A DNA stretch of 52,038 nt from an archaeon (GCA_038046645.1 JBBSVU010000017.1:1-52038); one strand, 5' to 3'. Numbered from the stretch's first letter, positions 37,771 to 49,486 are shown. Numbers and translations are program-made. Notes: generated by a model from the letters alone, not told the origin.

Positions 37771-38070
37771 TTCTCTTTCTTTTCTTGAGAAGAAAAGAAA
37801 GAGAACAACATAAAATCCTTTGGATTTTATGTGTCCAACAAACTTTGTTTGTTGACCCTTTCAAACCTTTGTTTGAAAAGGTCCAATAAAATTTCATAGA
37901 AATTTTATTTGGATGTAAGTTGCCAAGAGAAAGAAAAGAAACTTAGTTGGCCTAAAGAAAAGTCTTAGGCTTATTCCAAAAGAAAATAGGTTTGTAAGAG
38001 AAAGAAAAAAGAGAATCTAGGTTTATCAGAGAAAAGAAAACTATGCGCTCAAAAAGAAAATAAAATTTTC
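37771..38070. repeat. 16-bp tri-loop hairpin plus degenerate AAAGAAAA-spaced units
   Basis: ttctctttcttttctt-gag-aagaaaagaaagagaa; about six (T)AG(G/T)T-N-AAAGAAAA units at 37915-38070. Confidence 0.7.
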
Positions 38071-38084
38071 AAAATAAAGAGAAT

Positions 38085-38960
38085 ATGAACCCAATCTTGT
38101 TTTTTGCAAATAAGGATCATTCGGAAAAAGCGGCAATAATTTTGTTATTTGCAAATCTGCTGCTTTTCATCGTGAAAATTTCAATTGGATTGCTGTCAGG
38201 CAGTATTGCTGTTTTGGCAGATTCTTTTAATTCACTGACTGATAGCATTGTGTCAATTGTTATATATTTCAGTGTAAAGCTTGGTAGGAAAAAAGCTGAT
38301 TTAGACCATCCTTATGGGCACCAAAGGGCAGAGCCGATTGCAGCATTTATGGTTGCGATCTTTACTGTGATTGTTGGTTTTGAAATATTCAAATTTGCTG
38401 CAGAAAAAATTATCTCAAATGAATTTAACCAAATTGGCCGAATAGCTTTGCTTGCGGTTGCAATTACTTTTATAGTAAAATTGTTTTTGTATTTCTATCT
38501 GATAAAAACAGGGAAAAAGAATAATAGCCCGGCTTTGCTTGCTTCCGCAATTGATGCAAGAAATGATGTCCTGATTTCAATAACAATTTTCTTAGGAATA
38601 GTTGGTTCTTTATCAGGCTTCTTAATCCTTGATGCATTGGCTGCAATTGTTGTTAGCATTTATATTTTAAAATCAGGATATTCTATAGCTAGGGAAAATG
38701 TTACCTATTTGATGGGGGAATCACCAAAAAAAGAAATCTTGGATAAGATAAATCAGATTGCTTCGTCTGTCCCCGGAGTAATATCCATACCTGATATAAA
38801 AGCGCATTACATAGGGAATACTTTACAGGTAGAAATTCATATTGAACTTGACAAAAATCTAACATTAAAACAAGCGCACGATATTGGGGATAAGGTAAAA
38901 AAAGCAGTGCAGGAATTAAAAGAAGTGTCATCTTGCTTTGTGCATATTGACCCTATTTGA
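38085..38960 (+). CDS. cation diffusion facilitator transporter
   Basis: SGSIAVLADS, ADLDHPYGHQRAE, DARND and VHIDP motifs. Confidence 0.93.
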   Translation: MNPILFFANKDHSEKAAIILLFANLLLFIVKISIGLLSGSIAVLADSFNSLTDSIVSIVIYFSVKLGRKKADLDHPYGHQRAEPIAAFMVAIFTVIVGFEIFKFAAEKIISNEFNQIGRIALLAVAITFIVKLFLYFYLIKTGKKNNSPALLASAIDARNDVLISITIFLGIVGSLSGFLILDALAAIVVSIYILKSGYSIARENVTYLMGESPKKEILDKINQIASSVPGVISIPDIKAHYIGNTLQVEIHIELDKNLTLKQAHDIGDKVKKAVQELKEVSSCFVHIDPI

Positions 38961-39028
38961 AAATAATATTATTGCTTTCTAGCAATGCGCTAAATCCCTA
39001 AATTTGCTAAATATTTCAAATTATTAAT

Positions 39029-40693
39029 CTAATACAATTCAGTTAAAGAGAAATTAACTGGTTTGACAGCATTTCTCTCAACAAATATTTCTTTTAATAA
39101 ATCAAAGCAGACTTTTTTTGCTGGGTTGTTTTTGAAATATATGTCATATTTTCCCTGCTTGCTGCCTTTTACCAATTTTTCACAATAACTTTCAAATTCA
39201 GGCATTGATTTTGGGCTGGTGTTTGCCAATCCCGCAGCTACTTTCTTTCTTGAAATAATTGCTTTTGGCAAACCCAGACCAGAAAACGCCTTTCTAAGCA
39301 TATATTTCTCTTCACCATTCCTGATTTTCAATGCAGGGTCTATCTTATTTGCATAATCCACAATTTTCCTGTGCATAAAAGGAACCCTTACCTCAACCCC
39401 AAAAGCCATTGATAAGCGGTCAACAAATGCCAGCTGGAAATTGCTCAGCTGCCCTCGTGTCTGCTCAAATTGCAGAAGATCGACTTCTTTCTTTATGGAA
39501 TTAATCATTTCCAAATATCTTTCAGGGTCATCAACCTGTGCAATCTTCACTTTTTCAAGCAGCTGTTTTTTATATTCTTCAATTTTTTGGAATATTTCAT
39601 AGCCACAAAAGAGTTCATCAGCTCCTTGCCCTGACAATGCTACAGTAGCATATTTTTTTGTGCCTTTATTCAAAAAATATGGGTAAACAATGCCATATCT
39701 TATATCTTCCAGATGGTAAACAAATGAAGGCAGCTCTTTTACTATGTCTTCGGCTCCAAATTCAAATTCGTGGTGAATGCTGTTTATTTCATTCGCTACT
39801 AGCTTAGCCATCCTGCTTTCTTCAGATTCAATTGTATCAATAGCAGTAAATGTGTGTATTTCTGCATCCTTCCCAAGTATTTGCCTGTGCAACGCAGCAA
39901 TAATGCTTGAATCTATGCCTCCGGAAAGCTGGGTTCCAAGTGTAACATCACTTATCAGCATAGAGTCAACACTTTCAGACATCAAGGAACGTAATTTTTC
40001 CTTGATGTGATTTTCGTTTCTTTCAGTTATTGAATAATCCTTTTTTATGAATTGCTTAAAGGATAGCTTGCCTGTTGAATCCGTAATTAACATTGTGCCC
40101 GGCAGCAATGATTTTATCCCTTTGAAAAAAGTTCTGTCATCTAAAATATATTTATCAAAAATAAAGTTTTCCTTTATTGCCTGCTCATCAAATTCTGCTT
40201 TAATAAGACCAGAAGCAAACAAAGCTTTCATCTCAGAGGCAAAAAGCAATGTTTCTTTTGTTTGGCAATAGAATAATGGCTTTTCTCCGACATAATCCCT
40301 TGCCAAAATCAACTTCTTTTTTGGGATATCATAAATTGCGAAAGCAAACATGCCTTCAAGATAGGTTACAAAATCCAAGCCAAATTCTTCATAAAGATGG
40401 ACTATTGCCTCAGTATCTGTTTTCGTGCGGAATTCATGCCCCTTTAGCATTTCTCTTAATGCCTTAAAATTATATATTTCTCCGTTGAATACAATTACGA
40501 TGCTGTTGTTCTCATTGAAGATTGGCTGCTTGCCGGTTTTCAAATCTATTACAGATAATCTCCTGCTGCCCAAAGAAATATTTTCACCAAAGAAATAACC
40601 ATAATCATCAGGCCCTCTGTGCTTAATTGAATCATTCATTTTGCTGATTACTGCCTTATCATTTATCCCAAATAATCCAGTAATGCCGCACAT
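39029..40693 (-). CDS. asnB: asparagine synthetase (glutamine-hydrolysing) family
   Basis: MCGI, HRGPD, FNGEIYN, LSGGIDSS, SGQGADE and EVRVPF motifs. Confidence 0.9.
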   Translation of the reverse strand: MCGITGLFGINDKAVISKMNDSIKHRGPDDYGYFFGENISLGSRRLSVIDLKTGKQPIFNENNSIVIVFNGEIYNFKALREMLKGHEFRTKTDTEAIVHLYEEFGLDFVTYLEGMFAFAIYDIPKKKLILARDYVGEKPLFYCQTKETLLFASEMKALFASGLIKAEFDEQAIKENFIFDKYILDDRTFFKGIKSLLPGTMLITDSTGKLSFKQFIKKDYSITERNENHIKEKLRSLMSESVDSMLISDVTLGTQLSGGIDSSIIAALHRQILGKDAEIHTFTAIDTIESEESRMAKLVANEINSIHHEFEFGAEDIVKELPSFVYHLEDIRYGIVYPYFLNKGTKKYATVALSGQGADELFCGYEIFQKIEEYKKQLLEKVKIAQVDDPERYLEMINSIKKEVDLLQFEQTRGQLSNFQLAFVDRLSMAFGVEVRVPFMHRKIVDYANKIDPALKIRNGEEKYMLRKAFSGLGLPKAIISRKKVAAGLANTSPKSMPEFESYCEKLVKGSKQGKYDIYFKNNPAKKVCFDLLKEIFVERNAVKPVNFSLTELY

Positions 40694-40721
40694 TCTAAAT
40701 CATTTTATGTGAAAATTAGAA

Positions 40722-41198
40722 TCATTCATTTTTTAGCTCTTTCACCATGAAAAAATGCGGGATTCCAGGCGCACATTTTGTGGAAATAGTTTCAGGTATA
40801 TTCTCCTTGATTTCCTTCCAACCTAAACCTAAATAATATTGTTTCATATATACTCTGGCATGCCCATAGATTTTGCTGAAATTATCCTTTGCAGCTAATT
40901 TCTCAATCTCTTCAAGCAGCAGTTTTCCTATGCCTTTTTTTCTGAATTCATCAGCTAATACAAACTGATGCAACTGGCAGAAATCATTTCCTCTTGGGAT
41001 TATAAAGGCTCCGCCAATAAGCTTTGAATCATAAAAAGCACCAACATATTGTGCATTTTCCTCGCCATTACATACCTCGCTGCCTAATCCAAGCCCATGC
41101 GGTTTCCTGAAAACTTCCCACCTGAGTTTTGTAAAATCTTCAAAATATTTTTCTTTTTTACCTAATTGCCTAATAATTAATTTAGCTGGATCAAACAT
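40722..41198 (-). CDS. GNAT family acetyltransferase
   Basis: LR.EVFR.P, FRKKGIGK.L, HAR and GIPHFFM motifs. Confidence 0.85.
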   Translation of the reverse strand: MFDPAKLIIRQLGKKEKYFEDFTKLRWEVFRKPHGLGLGSEVCNGEENAQYVGAFYDSKLIGGAFIIPRGNDFCQLHQFVLADEFRKKGIGKLLLEEIEKLAAKDNFSKIYGHARVYMKQYYLGLGWKEIKENIPETISTKCAPGIPHFFMVKELKNE

Positions 41199-41199
41199 T

Positions 41200-42297
41200 T
41201 TAATCCTTCCATTTTCTGAACAATTCTGAGAAAACTTTTCTTCCTTGTTCCAACTCTTTCAGTGTAATGTATTCGTTTGCTACATGCGCTTGCGATAATT
41301 CTCCTGTCCCGAAAATTATCCCTTGGATTCCACGCAAACTTATTTCAGAGCATTCTGACGTTGCCCTAAACCCTTCCAAAGCAGGATCCATATTTAATTT
41401 TTGCAGAATAGCTTGCATCTCTTTTACAATTTTAGCATTTTTTTCGGTTTCGCAGGCTTCAGTCCTTTTAATGAAATTAGTTTTGAATGGTGCAGTTAAA
41501 GCCCTAAATTCTTTCTCAACTTCTTTAGGATTTTCGTTTGGAAGAACCCTTCTGTCAACCTCAATTCTTGCAAAATCAGGAACAGAATTTACTGCATTTC
41601 CTCCCTGAATTATCCCAACATTTGTAGAGGCTTTTCCAAATAAATCATATTTTCTCTTACTTAGTTCTTTATTATATTTTTCTAATTTCCCAACAATTTT
41701 TGCTAATCTATAAATAGCATTTTCCCCTTTTTCAGGAACGCTTGCATGTGCAGCCTTTCCCTCAGCAATAACCTCTAAAGTATACTGTCCCTTGTTACCA
41801 ATCATTATCTTTCCATTTGTAGGTTCAAGTGAAATTGAGTATTTTACATTCTTAAATCTGCTTTCCCTCAATTCCATTACCTTCTTTATTCCTTCTAAAG
41901 AGTTTTCTTCTTCAACATTGAATACATAGGCAATATTTTCATTGAAATGTTCTTTCATTGCAGCAAGTACGCAGGCAATGTTGCCTTTTGTATCAGATGA
42001 GCCTCGGCCATATACTTTTCCATCAACAATTTCCCCAAATTGGTTATATTTCCAGCCTTGCCCCGCAGGCACAGTATCCATATGCCCGTTAACCAGCAAA
42101 GAAGCATTCTGGCTTTCACAAACAATTACGTTAAACCTATTCTTTTCCTTGTCAAAAATCTGCTTTTCTGATTTTATGCCAATATCTTTCAAGTAGTTGA
42201 AAATGTATTCCCCAACATTTCCTTCAAAATTATTTGGGGTGTCTGATCTTATGGAAACAAGGTCTTTTGCTAATTTAACAACTAAATCGTTCGACAT
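41200..42297 (-). CDS. M20 family metallopeptidase (ArgE/DapE-like)
   Basis: NGHMDTVP, GRGSSDTKG, EE, EPT, AHAS and AHVANE motifs. Confidence 0.88.
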   Translation of the reverse strand: MSNDLVVKLAKDLVSIRSDTPNNFEGNVGEYIFNYLKDIGIKSEKQIFDKEKNRFNVIVCESQNASLLVNGHMDTVPAGQGWKYNQFGEIVDGKVYGRGSSDTKGNIACVLAAMKEHFNENIAYVFNVEEENSLEGIKKVMELRESRFKNVKYSISLEPTNGKIMIGNKGQYTLEVIAEGKAAHASVPEKGENAIYRLAKIVGKLEKYNKELSKRKYDLFGKASTNVGIIQGGNAVNSVPDFARIEVDRRVLPNENPKEVEKEFRALTAPFKTNFIKRTEACETEKNAKIVKEMQAILQKLNMDPALEGFRATSECSEISLRGIQGIIFGTGELSQAHVANEYITLKELEQGRKVFSELFRKWKD

Positions 42298-42349
42298 TTT
42301 TCCCAAGAAAGAAATTTATTTCACTTTTGCTGTTGCTTTTAACTGCAAC

Positions 42350-42754
42350 TTATTTTAATTTTGTCAGTTTTACCGCAGCTTCAACAGCCCTTTTTGCATA
42401 TCCTTCTGCCCTTGTTACTGCTTGTGCCCTAGTCATTTTTGGGCCTGAGATTCCGTTTGTCACAGGCTTATTATATTTCATTGAAAGATCCATAATTTCC
42501 CTTGCTGCAGTCAATGCAACAATGTTATCATGGTCTGTCTCGCCTTCAATTACCGCTCCCAATGTAACAACTGCATCAATTTTCTTGTCTTCAAGAAGTT
42601 TTTTTGTTGCATAAGGAATATCAAAGGTTCCTGGAACTTCATAAACCTTCTCAACTTTCACCCCTAAAAATTCAGCATGGTCCTTAGCTTTCTGAACCAT
42701 GATATTTGTAATATCATGGTTATATTTTGCCACCACAATTCCAATTGCTACCAT
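42350..42754 (-). CDS. ribH: 6,7-dimethyl-8-ribityllumazine synthase
   Basis: [20 protein letters not shown] and [10 protein letters not shown] motifs. Confidence 0.93.
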   Translation of the reverse strand: MVAIGIVVAKYNHDITNIMVQKAKDHAEFLGVKVEKVYEVPGTFDIPYATKKLLEDKKIDAVVTLGAVIEGETDHDNIVALTAAREIMDLSMKYNKPVTNGISGPKMTRAQAVTRAEGYAKRAVEAAVKLTKLK

Positions 42755-42792
42755 AATAACCCTCCAATTATTATATATTGAACATTAAATAT

Positions 42793-43269
<477 letters not shown>

Positions 43270-43580
43270 TTAATAGCAGAATTGATTTTTAAAGATATTT
43301 GAGTTAACACAATTGGATTTTGGTTGATTTAAAAGCAATTCATAAGTTGCTTTTTCATAAAATTAAATTTAAATTAATTTCTACCAGCAATTTATTTGCT
43401 AAAGGGTTGGCATGGTGATTGTTAAAAACCTAGCCATGGCAGCAAAAAATAAAATCAAAAAATTAATTAAAATTAAATCTTATCTTTTTAAATAATTTAA
43501 AAATTAGAATTAGTTTTTTTCTTGATTAAAAAAATAGAAATTAAAGTTATACACAGGAGATTAGTCTTTGTTCCCTATTT

Positions 43581-43598
43581 AGTTTCTAGGCCTGAGTC
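43581..43598 (-). other. 3' strand of the 23S pre-rRNA bulge-helix-bulge processing stem
   Basis: GACUCAG GCCU AGA AACU pairs with GGUU AGGU AAA CUGAGUC (46627-46644), giving a 3-4-3 BHB. Confidence 0.8.
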
Positions 43599-43633
43599 AA
43601 TGACTTAATGCATTATTTGAAGTATTATTAATG

Positions 43634-46590
43634 CAACTCGGGCTTTTAGTATCAATAGGCTGAACTGCTCGCCGAAGCTTGCAGCTTACACCCTTGACCT
43701 ATCAAAACAGTCTTCTACTGTTGCCCTTGTCCCTACGCAAATTGTCCAAGACATTTGCTACAGGAATGATTGCCTATTTTTAGGGATGGCTTCATGCTTA
43801 GATGCTTTCAGCTTTTATCCATTATAGCGTGGCTACCCAGCAGTGCCTTGTCAGACAACTGGTAAACTATAGGCTACGATCCCCTGTTCCTCTCGTACTA
43901 GGGGGTTCTTCTCTTCAGGCAATCTACACTCCAAGCAGATAGTATCCAAACTGGCTCGCACCGTTCTCAACCCAACTAACGTACGGCTTTAATGAGTTAA
44001 CACCTCCACCCTTGGCTGCTTATGCACAGCCAGGATGCCATGAGACGACGGCGAAGTCCCAAACCGCGGGGTCGATGTGAACTCTCACCCGCGACTAGTC
44101 CATTACCCCCAAGGTAAGTTCACTATCAGAGTAGGGTCCCTTTAATAGACACACTACCGTTCTCTAGACCTTTCTTTCGAACCTGCATCCCTCGTTGTGT
44201 AAGATGCAGTTAAGCCTGCTTTTACTCTTGTATTCTACGTCGAATTTCTGACTCGACTGAGCAGACCTTTGGATACCCCTGATACTATTTCAGGGGTGTA
44301 CCGTCCCAGTCCAACCATCCACCTAATGGTGTCCTCTTCCGAGTAAGCAATATAATTTTCAAAGGATGGTGTTTCACTTTTGCCTCCATGATCCCTAGCG
44401 AGACCATTTCTGTGGCTCCCATCTACGCTGCACTTTCAAAATCATATCACAACATTAGGCTATGGTAAACCTCTGTGGGGTCTTCTCTTCCCGCTTGGAG
44501 TCCGCGGCGTTTTCACCGCGCGGCGAGTTCATCGGCTGAAAGTTGGGGACAGTGGGGATCTCATTATCTCATTGGTGCAAGCCGGCATTAAACCGGCAAG
44601 GTATTACGCTACCGTGAGAGCCTCAGAGTTAGGCCCGCTCTTCACCAGCGCTTATATCCCTTGAAAAGGATTTTCACGTACTGGCAGTGAGCAGAGATCG
44701 GCCTCTATACACATCTTTGCAGACTGGCAGAGACCTACGTTTTTAATAAACAGTTGGACCCCCCTAGTGATTGCAACCTGCTTCCTACGAAGCAGGCACC
44801 CCTTCTACCGAAGTCACAGGGCTAATTTGCCGAATTCCCTCAACTCTATTACGCCGTTACCCCTTAGCCTTCTAAGCCAGAGCACCTATTCCAGATCTAG
44901 GTACGATTACACAACATTCTTTATGTATCCTTTTTCATGGATTCCTAGTATTGGTTGAACATTGCTGCCTTTTCAATTTTAATCCCTTTCTCATCATTAC
45001 GATTCTCCAGGGATTTACTTTGCTTAGATTCTCAGACAAGAGAACTCAACCTAACTTGAAATGTCGGAATACATACTATCGTTACCGAAAACGTAGTTGT
45101 ATAGTACAGGAATATGAACCTGTTTCCCTTTCTCCCAGTTGTTTGAAGACTGGGATTAGGATCGACTAACCCTTAGCTAACCATTAGCGCTAAGGAACCC
45201 TTGCTCTTGCGGGGGAGAGGATTCTCACCTCTCTATCGTTACTACTAGCACAAGGATCCATACATCTGACAGATCCACAAGATCTTACAATCATGCTTCT
45301 ACTCTACCAGATTACCTTCCTACAAAATAATCTCGTTAAGAGATTTTCCTAGGTGTCGGCAGCTGATTTTAGCCCAGATTATTTTCAAGGCTCTTATCCT
45401 AGGTAGGTGAGCTGTTACGCACTCTTTGAAGGATAGCTGCTTCTAAGCCAACCTCCCTACTGTTTTAGGATATGAACTCTTTTCTATTTGCACTTAATCA
45501 GCATTTGTGGGCCTTAACCTAAGTCTGGTTTGTTCCCCTCTCCGGTTAGGGGCTTACCCCCCAACCGCTACTCCAACCTTCAACGATGATAAAAACTTCG
45601 GAGTTTGACAAGAAAGCCGGACCTTTCGGACCAATACTTTCTAATCAGTATCTCTACGCTTTTACCTATCTCCAGTCAGGCTCGCCTATGGGCTATTTCG
45701 GAAGGAACCCGCTATTGCCAGGTTCGAATCGCCTATTACGCCTACTCCAAAATCATCACGACAGATAGACTAGTTCGTGTTCAGGCCTCCATGCTGCAGA
45801 TGCAGCATTTCACCTTGTTCTGAAGTAGATCACCTGGTTTCAGGTCTTATCGCTGTGACTAAAGGCGCTTTAACACCCTTCCTCTCACTTCTTGCGAAGT
45901 TGCAGGAATTTGCTTTCGCTTTGGCTTCTTCCTTTACAGAATTAACCTTGCCACAACAATAAACTCCCTTGCTCGTGGTTCAAGACGAACGATACAACTC
46001 TGATACAGTCTCCTCGTAAAAATCTTTACAAATTTTCACTTCAGAAACCTTTCTCTTTCAAGCTGTACCTGCCTATCGCTAACTAGTTTCAGACGCTTTT
46101 CAACCCCTGTTAAGGGTACTTTTCAACCTTCCTTCACAGTACTAGTTCGCTATCGGTCTCAAGTAGTGTTTAGAATTTGAGGTTAAATCCCCAGTGTTCA
46201 TGCGCCGTATCAAGGGCACATTACTCTTGAAATTAGGACTCATCCTTCAGAAAAATATCTACCGGGCTTTCACCGTCTATGGCATCCCTTTCCAGGGAAC
46301 TTCGACTTATTCTGTTAGGATGTACCCAATCCAGCCCACATCTACCTTACATTACTGTAAGGCATTCGGTTTGTCCACATACCGTTTTCTCTCGCTGATA
46401 ATAACGGCATCTCAATTGATTCCTTTTCTTGCAGTTACTAAGATGCTTCAATTTACTGCATTGTCATTCCTTGCGGAAATAAGGGCATTCTTGGTTCAAC
46501 GTCTGCATGCGACTAACCAAGACTTATCGCAGCTTGCCACGCCCATTATCGACTCTTGAGCCTAGTCATCCTCTAGTTAGCTTACCATGC
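43634..46590 (-). rRNA. rrl: 23S rRNA (ends approximate)
   Basis: Sarcin-ricin loop AGTACGAGAGGAAC, GAATTCGGCAAA, GGCAAGCTGCGATAAG; flanked by complementary processing stems. Confidence 0.95.
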
Positions 46591-46922
46591 TAATAATAAT
46601 ACTTACTCGCTTTGCGTTAAGTCACGGACTCAGTTTACCTAACCATAATATCTTGCGATATTATATTTAGTAAACAAAATTTTGTGACTAATCTCCTATG
46701 TACAACCTCAACGGTTAACATAATAAAATATTAACCTCAGTTTATCATTGAAAACAATTTCCAATGAATTCATAAAATTCCAAATGGAATCTTAAGCATA
46801 AATGATTTTTTAAATTATTTGATGAACAATTCACCAAATATTTTTTGCAAAAAACTAAATAAAACAAATTTAGTTTTCTTTGATATACCTAAACTTTCTT
46901 TTTCTAAAAGAAAGTTCGGTCA

Positions 46923-47106
46923 TGGACCCAACGGGTCTCGAACCCGTGGCCTCTGCCTGATTCGAATTTTTTAAATATCTCGATCATTTTATTTTTGAAA
47001 TATTTCAAAATTTTTCTTTTTTTGAGACATCTAACTTTTTTTCTTTTTCTAAAAGAAAAAAAGTTGATTTGCAAAGGCAGCGCTCTACCAACTGAGCTAT
47101 GGGCCC
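46923..47106 (-). tRNA. tRNA-Ala(TGC) in the 16S-23S spacer with 111-nt intron at position 37/38 (46959-47069)
   Basis: GGGCCCA/TGGGTCC acceptor with G3-U70; ctgcc-TTTGCA|A-ggcag anticodon arm; UUUG/CGAA central splice helix. Confidence 0.9.
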
Positions 47107-47328
47107 AATGACCTCTTCGGGTTTTTTCAAATAAATGATTCTTTGAATCAAATATTTTTAAATATTTTTTAGAACCCTAGAAAATAATTTTTTAACATTT
47201 CATTTTTCAAAAAAATTTTCTTTTTGGGTCCTAACTCTCTGATAAAATTTTTATCAAAAGGATAAAAATATTATTAGAGATATTTTTGGTTTAAGGAATT
47301 ATAGGCCTGTACAACACATTTTAAATAA

Positions 47329-48814
47329 AGGAGGTGATCCGTCCGCAGGTTCCCCTACGGACACCTTGTTACAACTTAGCCCCCTTTGCAAAACCTAGAA
47401 TCGTTGCTTTCAAAGAAAGCAACTCATCAAAGCTTCACTCAGCTGGCTTGATGGGCAGTGTGTGCAAGGCGCAGGGACGTATTCACCGTGTGATAATGAC
47501 GCACGATTACTGGGGATTCCAGGCATTCATGAGGGCGAGTTGCAGCCCTCAATCCGAACTGAGACTAAATTTATGGGATTACCTCACCCTTTCGGGGTCG
47601 AAACCCTTTGGTTTAGCCATTGTATGCCGCGTGTAGCCCAAAGCATTCGGGCCATACAGATCTACCGTCGCCCATTCCTTCCTCTTGCTTACGCAAGCTG
47701 TCTTATTAGAGTGCTTTTCCATTAATCTGAAAATTGGCAACTAATAACATGGGTCTCGCTCGTTACCTGAGTTAACAGGACGTTTCACAATACGAGCTGA
47801 CGATGACCATACAACACCTCTCAGCGTGTCAGGTAAGCCCTTTAGACTGACCATCATACTGCTGTCGGCTTTGGTGAGCTGTCTGGCGTTGAGTCCAATT
47901 GAACCGCAGCATCCACCCCTTGTAGTGCACCCCCGCCAATTCCATTAAGTTTCGCTCTTGCGAGTTTACTCCCCAGGCAGTAGACTTAATGCCTTCGCTT
48001 CAGCACCTCAATACATTTCTGTATTGAGACACTAAGTCTACATCGTTTACGGCTGGGACTAACCGGGTATCTAATCCGGGTCGCTCCCCCAGCTTTCGTT
48101 TCTCACCGTCAGACTCGTACTGGTTGAACGCCTTCGCTACTGGTGGTCCTTCAAGGATCATAACATTTCACCGTTACCCTTGAAATTCCTTCAACCTCTT
48201 CCGATCTCGAGTTAGTTAGTTTCCTTAGCAATTCAACTAGTTAAGCTAGCAGATTTCACCAAGGACACAACAAACAGGCTACAAACGTTTTAGGCCCAAT
48301 ATAAGAGAGCACCACTTGTGGAGTACGTTTTACCGCGGCGGCTGGCACGTATCTTACCCCCCACTTATTCGTCAAGCCTTTTGAGCTTAACAAAAGCTAG
48401 CATAGCTAGCACTTAGGATTCCCCTATCACACTTTCGTGCATTGTAAAGTTTTCGCGACTGCTGCACTCCGTAGAGCTAGGGACCTTATCTCAGTTCCCT
48501 TCTCCGGGCCACTTCTCTCAAAGCCCGTACGGATCTTAGGTTTGGTGAGCAGTTACCTCACCAACTGCCTAGTCCGACGCAGACCCATCCTTTAGTAAAA
48601 TTGGTGCATGAACCAAATTCTTTCAATAAGAACACATTCCAGTAGCTCTTATCTATGGGATATTAGCCCCAGTTTCCCGGGATTAATCCCTCTAAAGGGT
48701 AGGTTATCCACGCGTTGCTGAGCCGTTCGCCAGAGTCATCATAGCTAGACTCTCAGACTTGCATGTCTTATTCGAATCCTAATAGCAGTGCCCGCCAGCA
48801 GGATCAGCTGGAAT
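47329..48814 (-). rRNA. rrs: 16S rRNA
   Basis: 5' ATTCCAGCTGATCCTGC, GTGCCAGCCGCCGCGGTAA and 3' GGATCACCTCCT. Confidence 0.97.
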
Positions 48815-49038
48815 TATATTTTAACTTAATGGACACTTCATCACATTGAAAATAAAAATAAACAAAAATATTTCTATTTCCGCCGTTTATTTTTATGGTT
48901 TCAAAATGATGTATGCAAATTTCAAATCAAATGATGGGAATGAAATTTGCAAGTCAATAAAATTGACGTTTGTTTATTTGCCAATATATTACACACATCT
49001 CAAATAAATTTGATTTATGTGCAACACATTGAATGGGC

Positions 49039-49070
49039 TGTACAGGTTTCCTATACCTTAAACCAATATC
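49039..49070 (-). other. 5' strand of the 16S pre-rRNA processing stem (BHB-like), pairs with 47279-47313
   Basis: GGUUUAAGG UAUAGG AAA CCUGUACA versus UGUACAGG CCUA UAA UUCCUUAAACC. Confidence 0.75.
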
Positions 49071-49365
49071 ACATTCAAAAATTCTTGAATGCTCATCTTT
49101 TCCAATGTGCGATATGCACATTGACCCTGCGTGAAAACAACGCACGGTTTTATCTATTACAGATAAATATGAAAACAAAATGCATTTTTGTTAACAGTGT
49201 CGTTGATATTCAGAATAACCTTTTTATGAAAAGGTTATGATATTTGTGTGAGTTGATATTCCTAAAAGCGGAATTCCAGATTTCAACAATTAATTGAAAT
49301 CCCCTCAACGATTGAATACTAATGCATTTAGAATACTTTATTATTCCTATATATTACCTTATAGG

Positions 49366-49384
49366 GGTATTTAAAAACCTTTGC
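49366..49384 (-). promoter_or_regulatory. candidate BRE/TATA promoter of the rRNA operon
   Basis: Minus strand CAAAGGTTTTTAAATA, about 550 nt upstream of 16S. Confidence 0.45.
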
Positions 49385-49486
49385 CCGATTCTTTAAAATT
49401 CAAGCATCTGACATTTGTTTGAGAAATTTGAACAAAAATCCAATAAATCTGGATTTTCTAAATTTATATTTTAAAAAATAGAATAA

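Noticed and set aside
43634..48814. ORFs listed within 44767-47725
   Set aside because: They are antisense to the 23S/16S rRNA and spurious
43634..48814. rRNA introns or homing endonuclease insertions
   Set aside because: The lengths (about 1.49 kb and 2.96 kb) are normal and no inserted ORF is visible
48947..49240. ORFs 48947-49240 (+) and 48954-49178 (-)
   Set aside because: They overlap the pre-rRNA leader and the 16S processing stem and show no protein-like motifs
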